This document shows positions 36,791 to 50,100 of a stretch of DNA of 64,000 nucleotides, in pieces (positions within the stretch are counted from its first letter, which is position 1; each line of letters starts with the position of its first letter). Under the pieces are notes generated by a model that saw nothing but the letters and a program-made list of their open reading frames with translations, made no database searches and was not told the DNA's origin. Source of the DNA: Adineta vaga. Lineage: Eukaryota; Animalia; Rotifera. The stretch covers positions 7,378,001 through 7,442,000 of the forward strand of contig CP075493.1 in assembly GCA_021613535.1 (NCBI GenBank). The letters run 5' to 3'. The translations under genes and the position numbers were made by a program.

Positions 36791-38413
36791 CTAATGACTA
36801 TGACCATGACCATGACCAGTACCATCACATTCGTGTGAATGACCATGATTAGCATTTGTATATTGTGGAATAGGAAAAGTATTCATTGCAGAAGGATTGA
36901 ATTGAAATGGTGGTTGAGTAGGAGTATATGTTGTAGGAGGTATTGGTTGAAAATATTGTTGTTGAGGAATAGATGCGTTGAAATTATATGATGGAAAAGT
37001 TGATGTTGTTGGTGGTTGTTGAAAAGGTGCGAGTGGAACAAATGACGGTTGAATATTGTTGAAATTCGGTAATAATGGTGAAGAATTCAAAGGTACGGTG
37101 GGTGGTATGATATTCGTTTTTGAATTGACCGTCATATCAGTAAAAGTTCTTCAATAGAAAACAAAAAAAGAATAGATGAAGTAATAGAAGTATCGAAATG
37201 TTTCGACTAAATTAGAATCTTTGGTATTAAACTTCAGAATGGTATTTTCTTTAGTCGTGTCAATCATCCTTAAAGTAAAGTTCATCAGATTGATAATGTT
37301 TCTTTTTAAGCATGCAAGGATTGTCTCTTTAAATGGTTAAGAAAGAAAGAAAGAAAAGAGTGTTGCTTCAGGCAATTAACAGATTACTAACTACTATTTC
37401 ATCGGCCTACATTATTTTAAAGAGTAGAACTTTTCTTTAAAACTAGATCCATACTTTGATAATTGATTAGGATCATTTGATACAACAGGTTGTGTTGCAA
37501 CATTAGTCGTTGTTGTTATTGTTTCATTAGTTGCTGTTGCTGTTGCTGTTGTTATATTAGGATTGACTTGTGATGGTACAAGTATACTTGGCATCGTAAC
37601 CGTTATTGGTGGCATATTAACCGGTTGAAGTGTAAAACTCATATTAGTTGTTTCGTTCATATTTGGTGGTGGAATTGCTGAAAGTAATGGTGTTTTATCA
37701 TTATTTGTTATTAAAGGATTTGATTTTGTTATTGGTGCTGAATTCATTGTTTGAATTGGTATTCGATGTAAATAACCATAACCAATACCACAACCTAAAC
37801 TACCTTCACCACCCCAACCAATATTTGGTGTTAAATTAATTTCACGTGTTGAATCATTTTCACTATTATAAACATAAAGTTTAAGTGATTTACCTTGATT
37901 TGATTCAATTAATGCATAGAAATCTTCGGAATCGTTTAATAATGTATCCGCTCCAATAATATAATCTGTATTGGAACGTAAACCAGCTAGAGCAGCTGGT
38001 GAATGAGGTTGAACATCGAGTACATGCCAAACATTTTCATTAGCTTTTTCAAACGAAGAAAAACGGATACTTAAACCAAGTAAACCCTAAAGAAAAAACA
38101 TAGACGAATACATATAAACTTCATCCTTTACTTGTCCACCCCAATTTTCATGAGGAGTTAATGGTAGTTGTCGAACTGTTTGCGTCTTGCTATTATAAAC
38201 AAGTAATTCAACTGGTTTATTAATATTTTGTTTTAATGTTTCTTTTAATTTATCATTATCCGTATTCAATCGAATATCATTAATGCTAACTATAAAATCA
38301 AAATAAGGCTCCAATCCAGCTTTATGTCCTGGTGAACCATCTTGAACACGTAGAACATGAAAACCTTCTGAACCACCACCAGGAATACTCAAACTACTAC
38401 CACCAAGACCCAT
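36791..38413 (-). CDS. GORASP2: Golgi reassembly-stacking protein GRASP55/65, 3 exons
   Basis: MG myristoylation start, [24 protein letters not shown]|[36 protein letters not shown], and a P/S/T-rich tail. Confidence 0.93.
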
Positions 38414-38939
38414 TCACAAATTAGAAAATGTCAAATGAAAATTTTCTTTTGAATAAAAGAAAGAAAAATCTAAGTTCTTAATATGATATAAATAAAATAA
38501 TAATACAATACTTACTTTACTTGGCAAGAATGACACACTTTCAAGTCTAACCAATGAAATTTCATATAGAGAATCTTTGTTTTAATTTCATACAATTTCG
38601 AAAAATATTTTCATTTAAATAAGTAAATAATAAAGAATTCTCTCGATTTTTTTGTCGATTATTTATCAAATTATTTTTATTGATTTCGATATTGAGCGAC
38701 ATCTACTGAAAAGGAAATTGTGTAACTTATTCACATAGATCAATCAATTGCATACCGATATCGATGAACATCAAATACATTTATTAATTTCTCTATTGAA
38801 AAAAGATTACTGAATAATTTTTTTCACATGCACACACATACTAGAGACAACAGCAAATATAAACTTTTGACTAGTACATATATTGTACATGGTCACTGTC
38901 GAAACGTGGATTATCATGTCTTTTTTTTTTCTTTCTCAA

Positions 38940-40107
38940 TCATACACAACCAAACAATAATAAGTTTCGTGCTTTTCGAAAATATTCATTCATAGTTGAA
39001 ATTGATTGATTTTGTTCCTGTCCAAGTTTAACTACGGCAAAATGACTTTGTTGCATTGAATCATTTGTATCACCAAGTTCAAGATCTCCGGAAAGTATAT
39101 AACCATCGGATACATCATCAGCAGTTATTTGCGATGAAAGAACAAGACGAAAAAAAGCATCTGTATGCCGTTGGAATTGACCAGTTATTTCTAAACGCCC
39201 ATTACCCAAACATTTCATATGACCTCTAGAAAAATAAACATATTCATCTGGAATAGAACATTCTTTTATCTATTGAAACTGAATAAATTAATGTTGAATA
39301 ACTATTAACAGCAAGAAGTATTCTTCTGTACATAACTTGTCTGTTATAATCATCGCCCTCCGACAATCTATATTTTGATCTGATCCGTCTCGACTTTTTT
39401 TCTTCTTTGTCTTACGCTGGAGTATCAGACTCATTAAAGTACCCGATCACAGCATGTTAATGTCCCTTCCTTTATTTGTCCGTCTATTACATCTTCATTA
39501 ACGATTCTATAGAAAGATAAAAAGTTGACCATCAATTTTGCTTCCTCTTCCATTCAGAAGAATTTACATTTCCGAGACGAATTAAATTAGCTATCATCCA
39601 GAAAATACTCCTTCTGTTCATATCTAATTCGATTAGTCAATGACTAGACAAAGAAGAAAAAAAAATTTCACTTATTATTATATCTATTTGATAAATAGAG
39701 GTAAAAAATCGTTTCATTTCATCTCTTTTGAATAATATTGCGAATTGTATTAGTCTATTTACATTCTGCATAGCTACTATTGACATTTTTTCTTCTACAA
39801 ATATGATTCTTTTCATCTATTAAGTCTACCAAATGTCAAACAAAAAGTGTGGAAAAAGAAAAAGACCATAGTGAATATACTTAGTAAGACTGGTACGATG
39901 GCCTTGTTGTTCAATAATTAAACATTTTGTTTTTGACCACCAGACTGTTTTGATTGTCCAATATGAGCTTAATGCTGGTTTCGGCCAACTTTCATATGCA
40001 TAAAGATGAATCTTTGTCCGACCATGTTCACCAATTTCTCGTAGAAGTTTACGACCACATAAGCCGCGTGTTTCCTGATAATAAAAGGATTCCGTTAGTT
40101 TCATCAT
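38940..40107 (-). CDS. Uncharacterised 170-aa protein, 2 exons (40107-39881, 39225-38940)
   Basis: Two ORFs join in frame across a GTATAT...TTTTCTAG intron (LTK|GHMK), 513 nt total. Globular, protein-like composition; family not recognised. Confidence 0.65.
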
Positions 40108-42660
40108 TAGAAATTTGAACAAATCGATAATAGTGTATCACTTGCGTCGTTGGTATGATCAATGAATAAGAAGAAAAGGAAATACTTGTTTTTTCTTTCT
40201 TTTCTCTCTCTCTCTCTCCCCTCTCTCTCTTCGTTCTCGCTAGTTAATGAATGAGAGAAAGACGATCCATGAAAGTATTTCTCTCTTTCTTGTCTTGAGA
40301 GAAAGAAAATGAACAATATATCCTTAAGCAAGAGGAGAAGAAGAAATGAAGTTCTGTTTCTTATTCATTTCTATTGAATTGCTCGGCATTTTCTCTTTTA
40401 TTTTTTATTTGAAGAATGTCATTGCTTTTTTTCTTCTTCTTCTTTCGATGACGCTTAAAGCGAGAAAGAGAATCAATTTCCTTCTGAACTTCAAATCGAC
40501 AGACAGACAACAAGTCAAGCCGCTAGTGTATTCAGCACTTATTGTTGATTAGCAATCAATACAATGACATACATAAAAATCCATTCAATTTCATTATGCA
40601 AACGAATACCGGATGCTACTGGTCGTCACCATGTGTGTGCATTAACATTGACCGACGTACAATCGCTCATTGTACAGTCGACACAATCAGCATGCTATTC
40701 ACAACATTTATAGTGTTCGTCCATTGAGTATTGATAGATACAACACGCATCGATGACGTAATAATATACCAAGATATTCTCAGGTGTTTAATTATAAGAT
40801 TCATGAATGATGAGAGAACGATGTCATTGTTTATCATAGTTCGAGAAGCAGAGTATTGAATTTTCAAAATGGATCATATTGTGTAATACAAACAAAAGCA
40901 TGTTTGATAGAATGATGAATTAAATATAAGCAAATGTGTCTCTAGAGTAATCATTAAACCACAATGAATTGAAGTACATTAAATAAGCGATTAACATCAA
41001 GAAGAAATGATCAATGTTATGCATCAATTGTTCTTTTTATGTTCATCAAAGATCTGTTCTGGTGTTTTTTCTTATTCTGCTTTCTCAGCTTACTAGACAT
41101 TAGGATAAAAATATAATTAAAAATCATATTCTTTATATTTCTTAACAATAAGATTGTAAATATGGAAAATATAATCATATATATTTTCAATTGTGTTATT
41201 CTTAATTGAAATTATTCTATTTTTGTAGTTCATTATAATGCTTTTTCAAGTGCATATTCATGAGTTTTCCTCTTCAAACAACCTTTGAATATGATAAAGT
41301 CAAGATTGCAATTCTTACGCTACAATGATTGTGTCTATCTTACTTCAATCTTTAGCAACACAGTAGTGAACTACTTTGAATGCGATTTGTCGAAAAGAAA
41401 AGGATGAATTACAATGTTTCTTTATCATTACAAATAAAACGATATGATATAGACTATAGCATTAGATATCAACGTTCAAGGATAGTACATTATCGGAACA
41501 AAAGAAAAGATGAAGATAAAAAATGGAGAGGTTATTGTGGCTGTGACGAGATGTACTTTCTTTGACGACAGATCAAAAGCAAGGTTATATCCTTGTAACG
41601 AGAGAAAATGTTCCGATTTATATCTTTCTGTGAAAATAACTCTTCATGGTAGTTTAGATGTCTTATATTGTATTTCATTCGAAACAAATAGATAGAAAGT
41701 GATCGTTTTTTGAGTGAGTGAAAAAAATCACATACATCTCTATGTAAAACTCGATAATATTCAAAAACATATGTGAGTATTGTGTAGTAACAGTTTAGCA
41801 TGATTATCAATGTCCAGGTGTCTCTTTTGTTCAAAGTAAAATCGAGATTTTCATATAGCAGACCAGTACAATTCGTTTTACATATTCAAAACTGATCAAC
41901 TCAAATTTAGATGAAAAATAGTTTGATTCAAACAATGTTTTCACTATTACACAATTGAACTGCCCAATTTCTTGTTTGTCCAGTTCTTCACGAACCAAAA
42001 TAGAATGAATTTTTAGCCACAGATACATGTAACACAATGTTGTAAAGCGTCTACTCTGATATTTAGTCCAATGCGCAAATTATCCAATTTTGTCATTCGT
42101 AACCAATGAGCCATGAAATGCAATAAATTTTGACCATATATGTCTCATGTCACATTAATATTCAATTGCGAAAGGCAGAAATGCTATTCTAATTAAAAAC
42201 CACGCATTATGTTTCAGCTTGTGTTCTTTTTTTTGTGTAAATCAGTTTTTCACTAACCGCACGAAAAGTACGTAACAAAAGTAAAGGCAAAAGAAAGAAA
42301 GAAGAATAATAACAACAAGTAAAGGAGAAGAAAATCTTCATAACAAACAGATCATATATAATATAAGATTGGCAAGCTTTGTTTTTTGTCTTAATATGCA
42401 TGTACAAATGTAGAGAAAGAATATCGATCAAGAACAAAATTAAGAACCACGCCTCCGTAATAGTCTGTTTAAGAAAGAAGAAAACTTCGATATTATGAAA
42501 TGTACAACAAAGAAAAAAAATGCTAAGAGTACCTTGACTTATTTCACATAAATGTTTTAGATATCTACTCCGCAGACACTGACTATCCACAAAGAGAAAA
42601 AAGAAAACAAGTCAAGACGAAGAAAACGAAAATGAAAAACAACAAAGGAAAACAAAAACA

Positions 42661-45600
42661 TTAATCTCTTTCGGTTATCAAATTTGCATCACATTGATTC
42701 AATAGTATACAACAATCTTCAATATCGAACTTTTTAGTCCATTTAGCTTTTGATTCTCTATTGATTCGATTTGATGGTAAAGGACGTTTTCTCATCAGTT
42801 TTGCTGATGTCAATTTGATCGTTCGTTTTTTCGTAGTTTTGTCTGTTGAGTTATCATCACTTTTAGTTTTGCCATTTGTTAATGAACTTATTGAATTATT
42901 CAAACTATCAGCTAATGTTTTATTATTTTCTTTTTCAGCAAATCGTACACGTTTATTGATTCGCTCCAAAACAGGCATATCTTCTTCATCCAATGGTTCC
43001 TCCAATGGGCGTTTTTCACCTTTATTTGTTTCCAAAGTCGGTTCGGTTGATGATTGCTCCTCATTTTCTACTCTCTCCACTACAGTACTTGCCTCCGTAT
43101 TATCATTGGACACTGTTGAAAGACTTGGCCGATTATTTGCTTCTTGATTATCTATAACAGGATAGGTTTTTGGAAGAAATTCATCTTGGAATATTAATTT
43201 ACCATTAAATAATGCATGCATCTCTTGTTCGAGAAAATTCCAATGTTTTTCTGCATCTTTAATATCAATTAAACGTGTAAAACCCAGAGATTGTTGATTT
43301 TGTGGCCGAAAACGATTGATATTTTTTAATCGTAATAAACGAAGCATTTTCATTTCAAGTTTATCCAATGAAGGAGAATCAGGAAAGAGAATATTGCAAA
43401 GTGATCGTATAGAAACACATTCACGTTGAGTGTTCGATCCAAGACCAGAACAAACATACGCTGTCATTGTATGACCATGAAATTGAATGGTTTTATAAAA
43501 ACGATTTGGCGATGATGTTAATGGTAATTGTGATGTATTATTGGATGGTGGTTGATTGGTTGGAGATGATGGTGGTGATGGAGGCGGTGTTGATTCAGCG
43601 ATCTATGAATAAAGAAAACTTGCTCGAACATGTGAAGAAGTAAAAGTTCTCAAAGTGTCATGTATTCAATATTTAATTTTCCTCAAATTCATGATGAACT
43701 GTTTGCATGAATACGTTTAGTCGTTCTCTGTTATTGAAATTACGATATCATAAGGATAATTTACCGTATTCGTTGGTGGTGCTGGATTTGTTGGAATAAT
43801 TCCTCCTTGTGATGGATTCAATCGATTACCTAAATAGCAAAAGAATATTCAGAAAATTTGTCTCGTATGCAAAATAATTATCTTACTTTGTTGATAATTC
43901 AAGACATTTAAAGGAAATTTATCATTGAATAAAAGTATCAGATCCACATTATATTCTTTTTTTACTGATTCAATATCAATCAATTGTGCATTACGTAAAT
44001 TAATACATATATTACTGAAGAAGAGTATCAATTGAAGAAATTCTAATTCCGAAGATGTTGGTTTCGTTAATGATGCCGCTGATAAACAATGTGTTGATAA
44101 GACAAAACTTTTTACAAGACTATTGCCAATAAAAGGCACAGTTTGTTCATGTAAAGTAGTTATATTGCGTAGACGACAAATTCCTCCATTCATTTGTACA
44201 ATTGATGTCCATTCTTTACATATAGATGATTTAGGTTCTTCATTTGGTAATTCTTTAACAAAAACCATAGTAGCTGTAGTATATTGATAAAACGTTGATA
44301 ATTGTATAAGTCTTGTCTCTGGACCAAAAGGTTTTATATGTTGTTTAACACAAAGTTCATTTATTAATTCAAGTTCTTGAGTAGATGCAGGTATTTGTTC
44401 ACATGGCAATAATGTTTCAGTTTTAATATCATTTGCTTCCATTGATGGAAGTTTCAGAAGATCATAAAATGTTAATAAACTTACAGGAAGTTTGAATAGA
44501 TGATGATTTGTTGTACTTGTTGATATGTATGGTGTATAAAGTTTGTTGACTTGTAGCCAACCACAATGTAGACGAGTAGGTTTTGATGATGAAGTTGTTG
44601 CTGGTGTTGTTACTGTTATTGTTGATGATGGTGTCGACGATGGCAGTAGTACTGGTGACACTGTCGATGATGTTGTAGATGGTTTTTGACTAACTATGCC
44701 ATTTACTGTTGGTGTAGTTGACGGTAAAATAGGTGAAGACGAAGAGGAAGGAGAATAATGAATTGATGATGGTATAACTGGAGGAGATGATGACGAAGTA
44801 GTAGACGATGACGAAGAAATACTTGTTGTTGGTAGAACGGATGCTGAAGTTGTACTCGGAATAGGCGCAACATTGATTGTAGGTACTAAAAGATCACATG
44901 AGAAATGTACAAGATGCAACAAATTAGTGAGTTACTTTTCTCGATTTAGTGGAATGAGATGTATTCTCGATACCGTACCGTGCTTATCGATAAAATATCT
45001 AGCTGAATTTCAAAGTGTACTCACTAATTCTTATTTTGAGATATTCACTATTTGAAAGCATCAAAAGTCGATTTATTTCATAGAGGAAGTATTCAGATGA
45101 TCTATAAGTTATTTTTACCTGAATTGGAGAAATTTATTGCATTAATCGAAAATGATGATGATGTTGGTGTTGCTTGTTGTATCTGTGTGGGTACTGGTGT
45201 TACTACCTGTGGCAATCGTGTGGGTAAAACGACAGCATACGGATTTCCGATAGATTTTGGCTGTCGTCCGTTAGTTGCAGATGATGTCGGTCGTGAATTT
45301 GTTGAAGTAGTTTCACGAGAAAAATTTGTCGATGGTGGTGGATATTGTTGTATTTGAATAGGTGATGCTTGTGGTATAGTCGTCTGTCTTTGTATAATCG
45401 AGGGCCTATTTATCATAGGATTAGATGCTCGTTGTACATTTTGTTGTGGTGTAGGTTGTGGTAATAGCTGACGTAATGTATGTATGGTTGCATTCGATAT
45501 AACAGGTGGTGATTTTAAACTACGAAGATGTTCATAATATGGATAGAAATCCGATACTCGGACTATTTCATCAAGTGCAGTGAATGGGTGCCGAGAAAAT

Positions 45601-46233
45601 GCCCAACGTGAATGATGACTATTGATTCTATTTAATAGACCGACTTCACATGCTGTCACAGAATATAAATCGATAGTTTTTCTATATTGATATTGGTACG
45701 AACGACGTATTATATCTTCAGGATAATCAGGAAGAATTTTCCGAAGCATTCGAACGCAAAAATATTTTGTATCACCACTAAAAGAAATGGAAATTCAAAC
45801 TTTTAGAAGAGTTTAATCCTTCCTTCTTTAAGTCGATAAGTTTCTATTCGAGAGTATTTCACGAATAGTACATAGTCAATTAGTAAATTTTTGCAGACAA
45901 AAAAAAGTACTTTTTCGCAATGAGTCATATGTACGGAGAATAAAATGTCCTCGCTAAGTGCTTGCGTAGGTGTAAACGAAGATGAAAACTGATACTTTCT
46001 GATTGTGTTCGATTGGTATTGCATATTTCGTTGCATTCAGAGAAGAAGAATATAATAAGGATTTTTTCAATTATATTTTCATTTTATACGTACCGAAAAA
46101 TTACAGGCATATATGTATCACATTGTGGTATCTTTTCCCAAGCAAATTGCCCTTTTAGTGATGTAATATCAATTGCATTAGGATCAATATATCGATTAGA
46201 CAATAATCCCGTCGATGCTGTTGTTGTAAACAT
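42661..46233 (-). CDS. Uncharacterised large, probably nuclear protein with repeated globular modules separated by S/T/P-rich linkers, about 5 exons
   Basis: Long ORFs 45102-45749, 43849-44922 and 42661-43467 are linked by GT-AG introns. First exon MFTTT..GQFAWEKIP..MPVIFR (46233-46094) joins GDTKYFCVRM. Basic NLS-like clusters lie in the C-terminus. Confidence 0.72.
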
Positions 46234-47154
46234 TGTAATATTAATAAATAAAATAGATATGTTTGTTTATCGTTCTAGTCGATTGGTTAATATTTTTCGA
46301 CTGTTCGTTTTTTTACTATCAGGCGCTGAGCTAGTTAGACATGATATATTTTCGATTAACGTTGTTTTTACTTAAGGACAGATACCGTTTTATCGAAGAT
46401 GTTCCATATCAAAACGATGTAATCAATAATTCTGTTAGAGCATGGAAGAAACAAACATCTAGAAATAAAAATTAATCGTGATATCATGCTCTACAAGCTA
46501 TAGTAAACCAACCGTTAATGTAAACTGTATATATCCGTAAATAATGAGAGGAAGACAAAAAAAAGAAAAAGAATTCACTATGTTTTAGAAATGTATGCAA
46601 TAGCAATAAACGTTGTTGAGTTTAGTGTTGTGCGAAAATAAAAGCAACACAACAAAACAAATATAAAGCATAAGATCTTGAGAGAGAGAGAGAAAAAAAT
46701 GTAAAATGAATAACATTAATGCTTGATATATCTATCATATGTAACGTTTTGATCTCGTAAATAGAAATAGTATCGAACGAAGAACGAACAAATAATAAAG
46801 ATAAAGAAACCGTCATATAAGGGGACAAAAGGCAATGTAGTGCAAAAAAACATAGACTGTTTTGGTATTTGTGCTTAAAGCAGATAGAAAAAGAATCGAA
46901 TAAATACACCATAACATTTAAAGATTGTTTGTGTCAAACCGAATGCACTTTTGCTTTTCTTACTGTACACATTACATGAATGGTCAACATGAACAAAGAA
47001 CAACAAAGTCGGCCTATATTTAAACGAACGATTGTGCTGTACAAACAACTAAAGCGACCTTATTTGCAAAAAACTTCTATGTGTGTAAATTATTAATATT
47101 ATTTAAATTTTCTATATTATTAAAAGATCGGGAAAAAAGTGTTGGATCGCGCTT

Positions 47155-47170
47155 TCGCCAGAGGGCGCTA
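47155..47170 (+). promoter_or_regulatory. CTCF-consensus-like site TCGCCAGAGGGCGCTA
   Basis: Close match to the CTCF core CCACCAGGGGGCGCTA, upstream of the 46233 gene. Confidence 0.45.
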
Positions 47171-50100
47171 ACAGTAAAATAAAGCATTATATTGCATTTA
47201 TAGCCTTCTCATAGCGACACCATCATCGAGCTTGAATGGCCAGGTAGGAGATGGACCCTATTCTTTATGCTAATATGCCTGGTAATGGTCAGAAAAACTT
47301 GTAAATGAGCTTTACAAATACTGATAATATTGTGCTACGAACTGGCACTTTATATCAGATAGAGATTGGACGCATGTACTTCTAAGTACTTCATTCTAGG
47401 AGATCTAGTATCTGCATATGACACTATAAATATATAACTAATAGGCGTATTGGATTCGTTACGAAAAGAATCACAAAACAGTACTACAAACATTTTGATT
47501 CTTTCTTTCTATCGTGACAAAATACGAAGTATTTAAAGACTGTGTGCCACCTTTTAGAAATCTCCTCAAAATATTCAAGTACTTCGTATTTTGTCATAAT
47601 AGTAAGAATAAGAATCGAAATTTTTGTAGTACCATTTTCTAGTCCTTTCCAGAATGCATTCAACAAGTCCATTGGTTGCATAACTGTATTATTATACGTA
47701 GGTACTAGACCTTCTGGAAAGAAATACCTGCGTCTCATCTTTGGACGTAAGATATATGTGCGATCTCGTTTCTTTCTATTGTATTTTGTGAATTACAAGC
47801 GAAAAATGTGCGAACTTGTTATTAGACTATACTAACGCTGCTTTTTTATGTTGCAGTAGTGCTTCTGCCATTCCGGTTAGAGCTATTGATGGTGGTTAGA
47901 CTCATTTTAGAAAATGAACCTTTCAATATAGACGAGAAATACTATTCTCACAGTATTATATACCTCCTCTTTGAAGTTAGAATCAAGCATTGCGCATAAA
48001 TTTATAATCAGACTACTCTTTTCGTTGGAGGTTGGCAAAACTAGGATAGCTTAGAAAAAAAAGGAATTAGCACTATAATCATGTCACGCGAAATACAGAG
48101 ATTAGTCGATACTGTTTCTCGCTGCGAAGGAATAGATCTCATTGATACTAATTTCATGAAGAGCGACTGTCACATATATCTTATTTAACGGTAACATGAA
48201 ATTATTCAATATCTCAAAAAGTCTGAAGTACAGCAATATAACAGCTCATTACCAACTATGCAAGAACGACAAATTAGTAGAATCAACACCATAAAATGCA
48301 TCACTCTCCAAGACAGATGTTCTTATATTTACCATTAAAATTAAATTATGTCGAAATAAAAGACATATTTGCCAAGGATTTACGTCAACGGAAATTTAGT
48401 AAATACGATAAATATATACAGCGGCAAGTATGTAACTCACGATAAAGCTTTTAAAAATAATTATAGTTGATGCCGTATGTGCTATAAATTTATTTTCTTT
48501 CGTTCTATCTTGCTTTTCCTGTCTGCAATTGTATGCCTTTTATGCTAAGTAAATTTTTCATGCTCACCGAAGCTGCTAGTGAATACTAAGCAAATATTTA
48601 CAGAAAGCTGACACCTGATTTCATCATAACAACTATATAATAATCATGCGAGTTTTCTATTTGTAAGCAGAAAAGAAAGAATTAGTAAAATAGTAAATAA
48701 AGGGGCTGATGGGTTAATCATTCTGCCCAAAGAGCTACAAATTACCATACATAAATGCGCAAGCAGACTCTGTGCATGACTTGTGATACAGCTGGCCATT
48801 ATAAGTATTTAATGCACAAACTGAAGTTGACAAAGGAATAAAACTTAAATGAATGGGTGATCACTGAATATTGTGATACGACTTGAGAGCAAAAAACTGC
48901 AATAGTTATAAGAGATAAGAAATATGAGCATGATAAAAGAATATAAAAAAAGAAAGAAAAAAAACGTATCCTATTTTTAGTTAAAAGTGTGGACTATCGA
49001 ACTTTTAATGACCTCTGATGGGTGAACATATGGTGATAGTGAATAGAAAGACATAAGAGGATGGATGAATAGATGTGAAATTATAACAAATGTGAGAGCG
49101 AACACCATATGTGATGTGATGCGTTCTCTCCTTTTCTTTCTTACTTGCAATCCCTTCTCTTATTCTTTTGTGCGCCTACAATCTTGTGTTCTCTCAATAT
49201 ATGTAAAATTGGGCATAGCGGGCGTTCGTCATGCTTTTATTTCTTCTACCATTTTCTTTTCTTCGTGAGACTTCGAACACCAAGCAAATACACATTATAC
49301 AATTAGTCAGAAAACGTTCTTTCTCTTTTCTTGTTAGAATATATGTATGTAGCAGTAACTCAATGATGATTCAGTTTTAAAGCACTTTTCATTAAGAGAA
49401 AAAATGATTAACTTCTTCAAAGAGAACTAACGATGAATGTAGAATAGAATCGGTAAGATTGTCTTTTCTCATTACATGTTACGCAATCCATTTGAGTGCA
49501 TTCACAAGGACAACACATCTAAAAGACTAACTCTATTTGCTTTCTTCTCAATAGGTAAGTGTACTCTGCAATTTTCTTATTCTTCTTACTGCTTAAGTAA
49601 ACTTTGATTCGTCTATTTACATACTTTTAGTAGAGATTGTGTTCTTTTGTTGCGCCTCGAAAAGCTCAATATTTACTAACGAAATAATGTGCAAATATTG
49701 AAATGAAATCAATCTGAACACTTGTGTATGCTTCATTTGTAGGGAATATATTCTTATATATTTTAATGCTAATTTCAAGGTTGTCTTCTTATTCACACGC
49801 TTTTGTAGATACATAAATGAGGGACTTCGAAAAAAGTACATATTTTCCTGCAGGCGTATATAATGAGAGTCCTTGTTACATTCAAGCAGTTTTTAACAGC
49901 GCGTATAATCAAAAGAAAAAGTAGTCGAAATATTTACTATTAGCTGCGATTTTTACTGTACTTTCCTTTCAAGATGACTTTAACTACTAGGCAACTATGT
50001 TTTTAATGCAAACGAAAGAAATGATAATATTTGTTGTTCTCTTTCTTCATGTTCCTGGTGCGCAATCTGCATGGTATGTATAGTTTACAGGCAATGCAAA

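Noticed and set aside
37234-37288. C/D-like boxes in the GRASP intron
   Set aside because: Only 55 nt, an imperfect box C and no recognisable rRNA guide.
47484-47738. 84-aa ORF as a transposon or gene remnant
   Set aside because: No recognisable motif, splice partners or terminal repeats, so it cannot be supported without a search.
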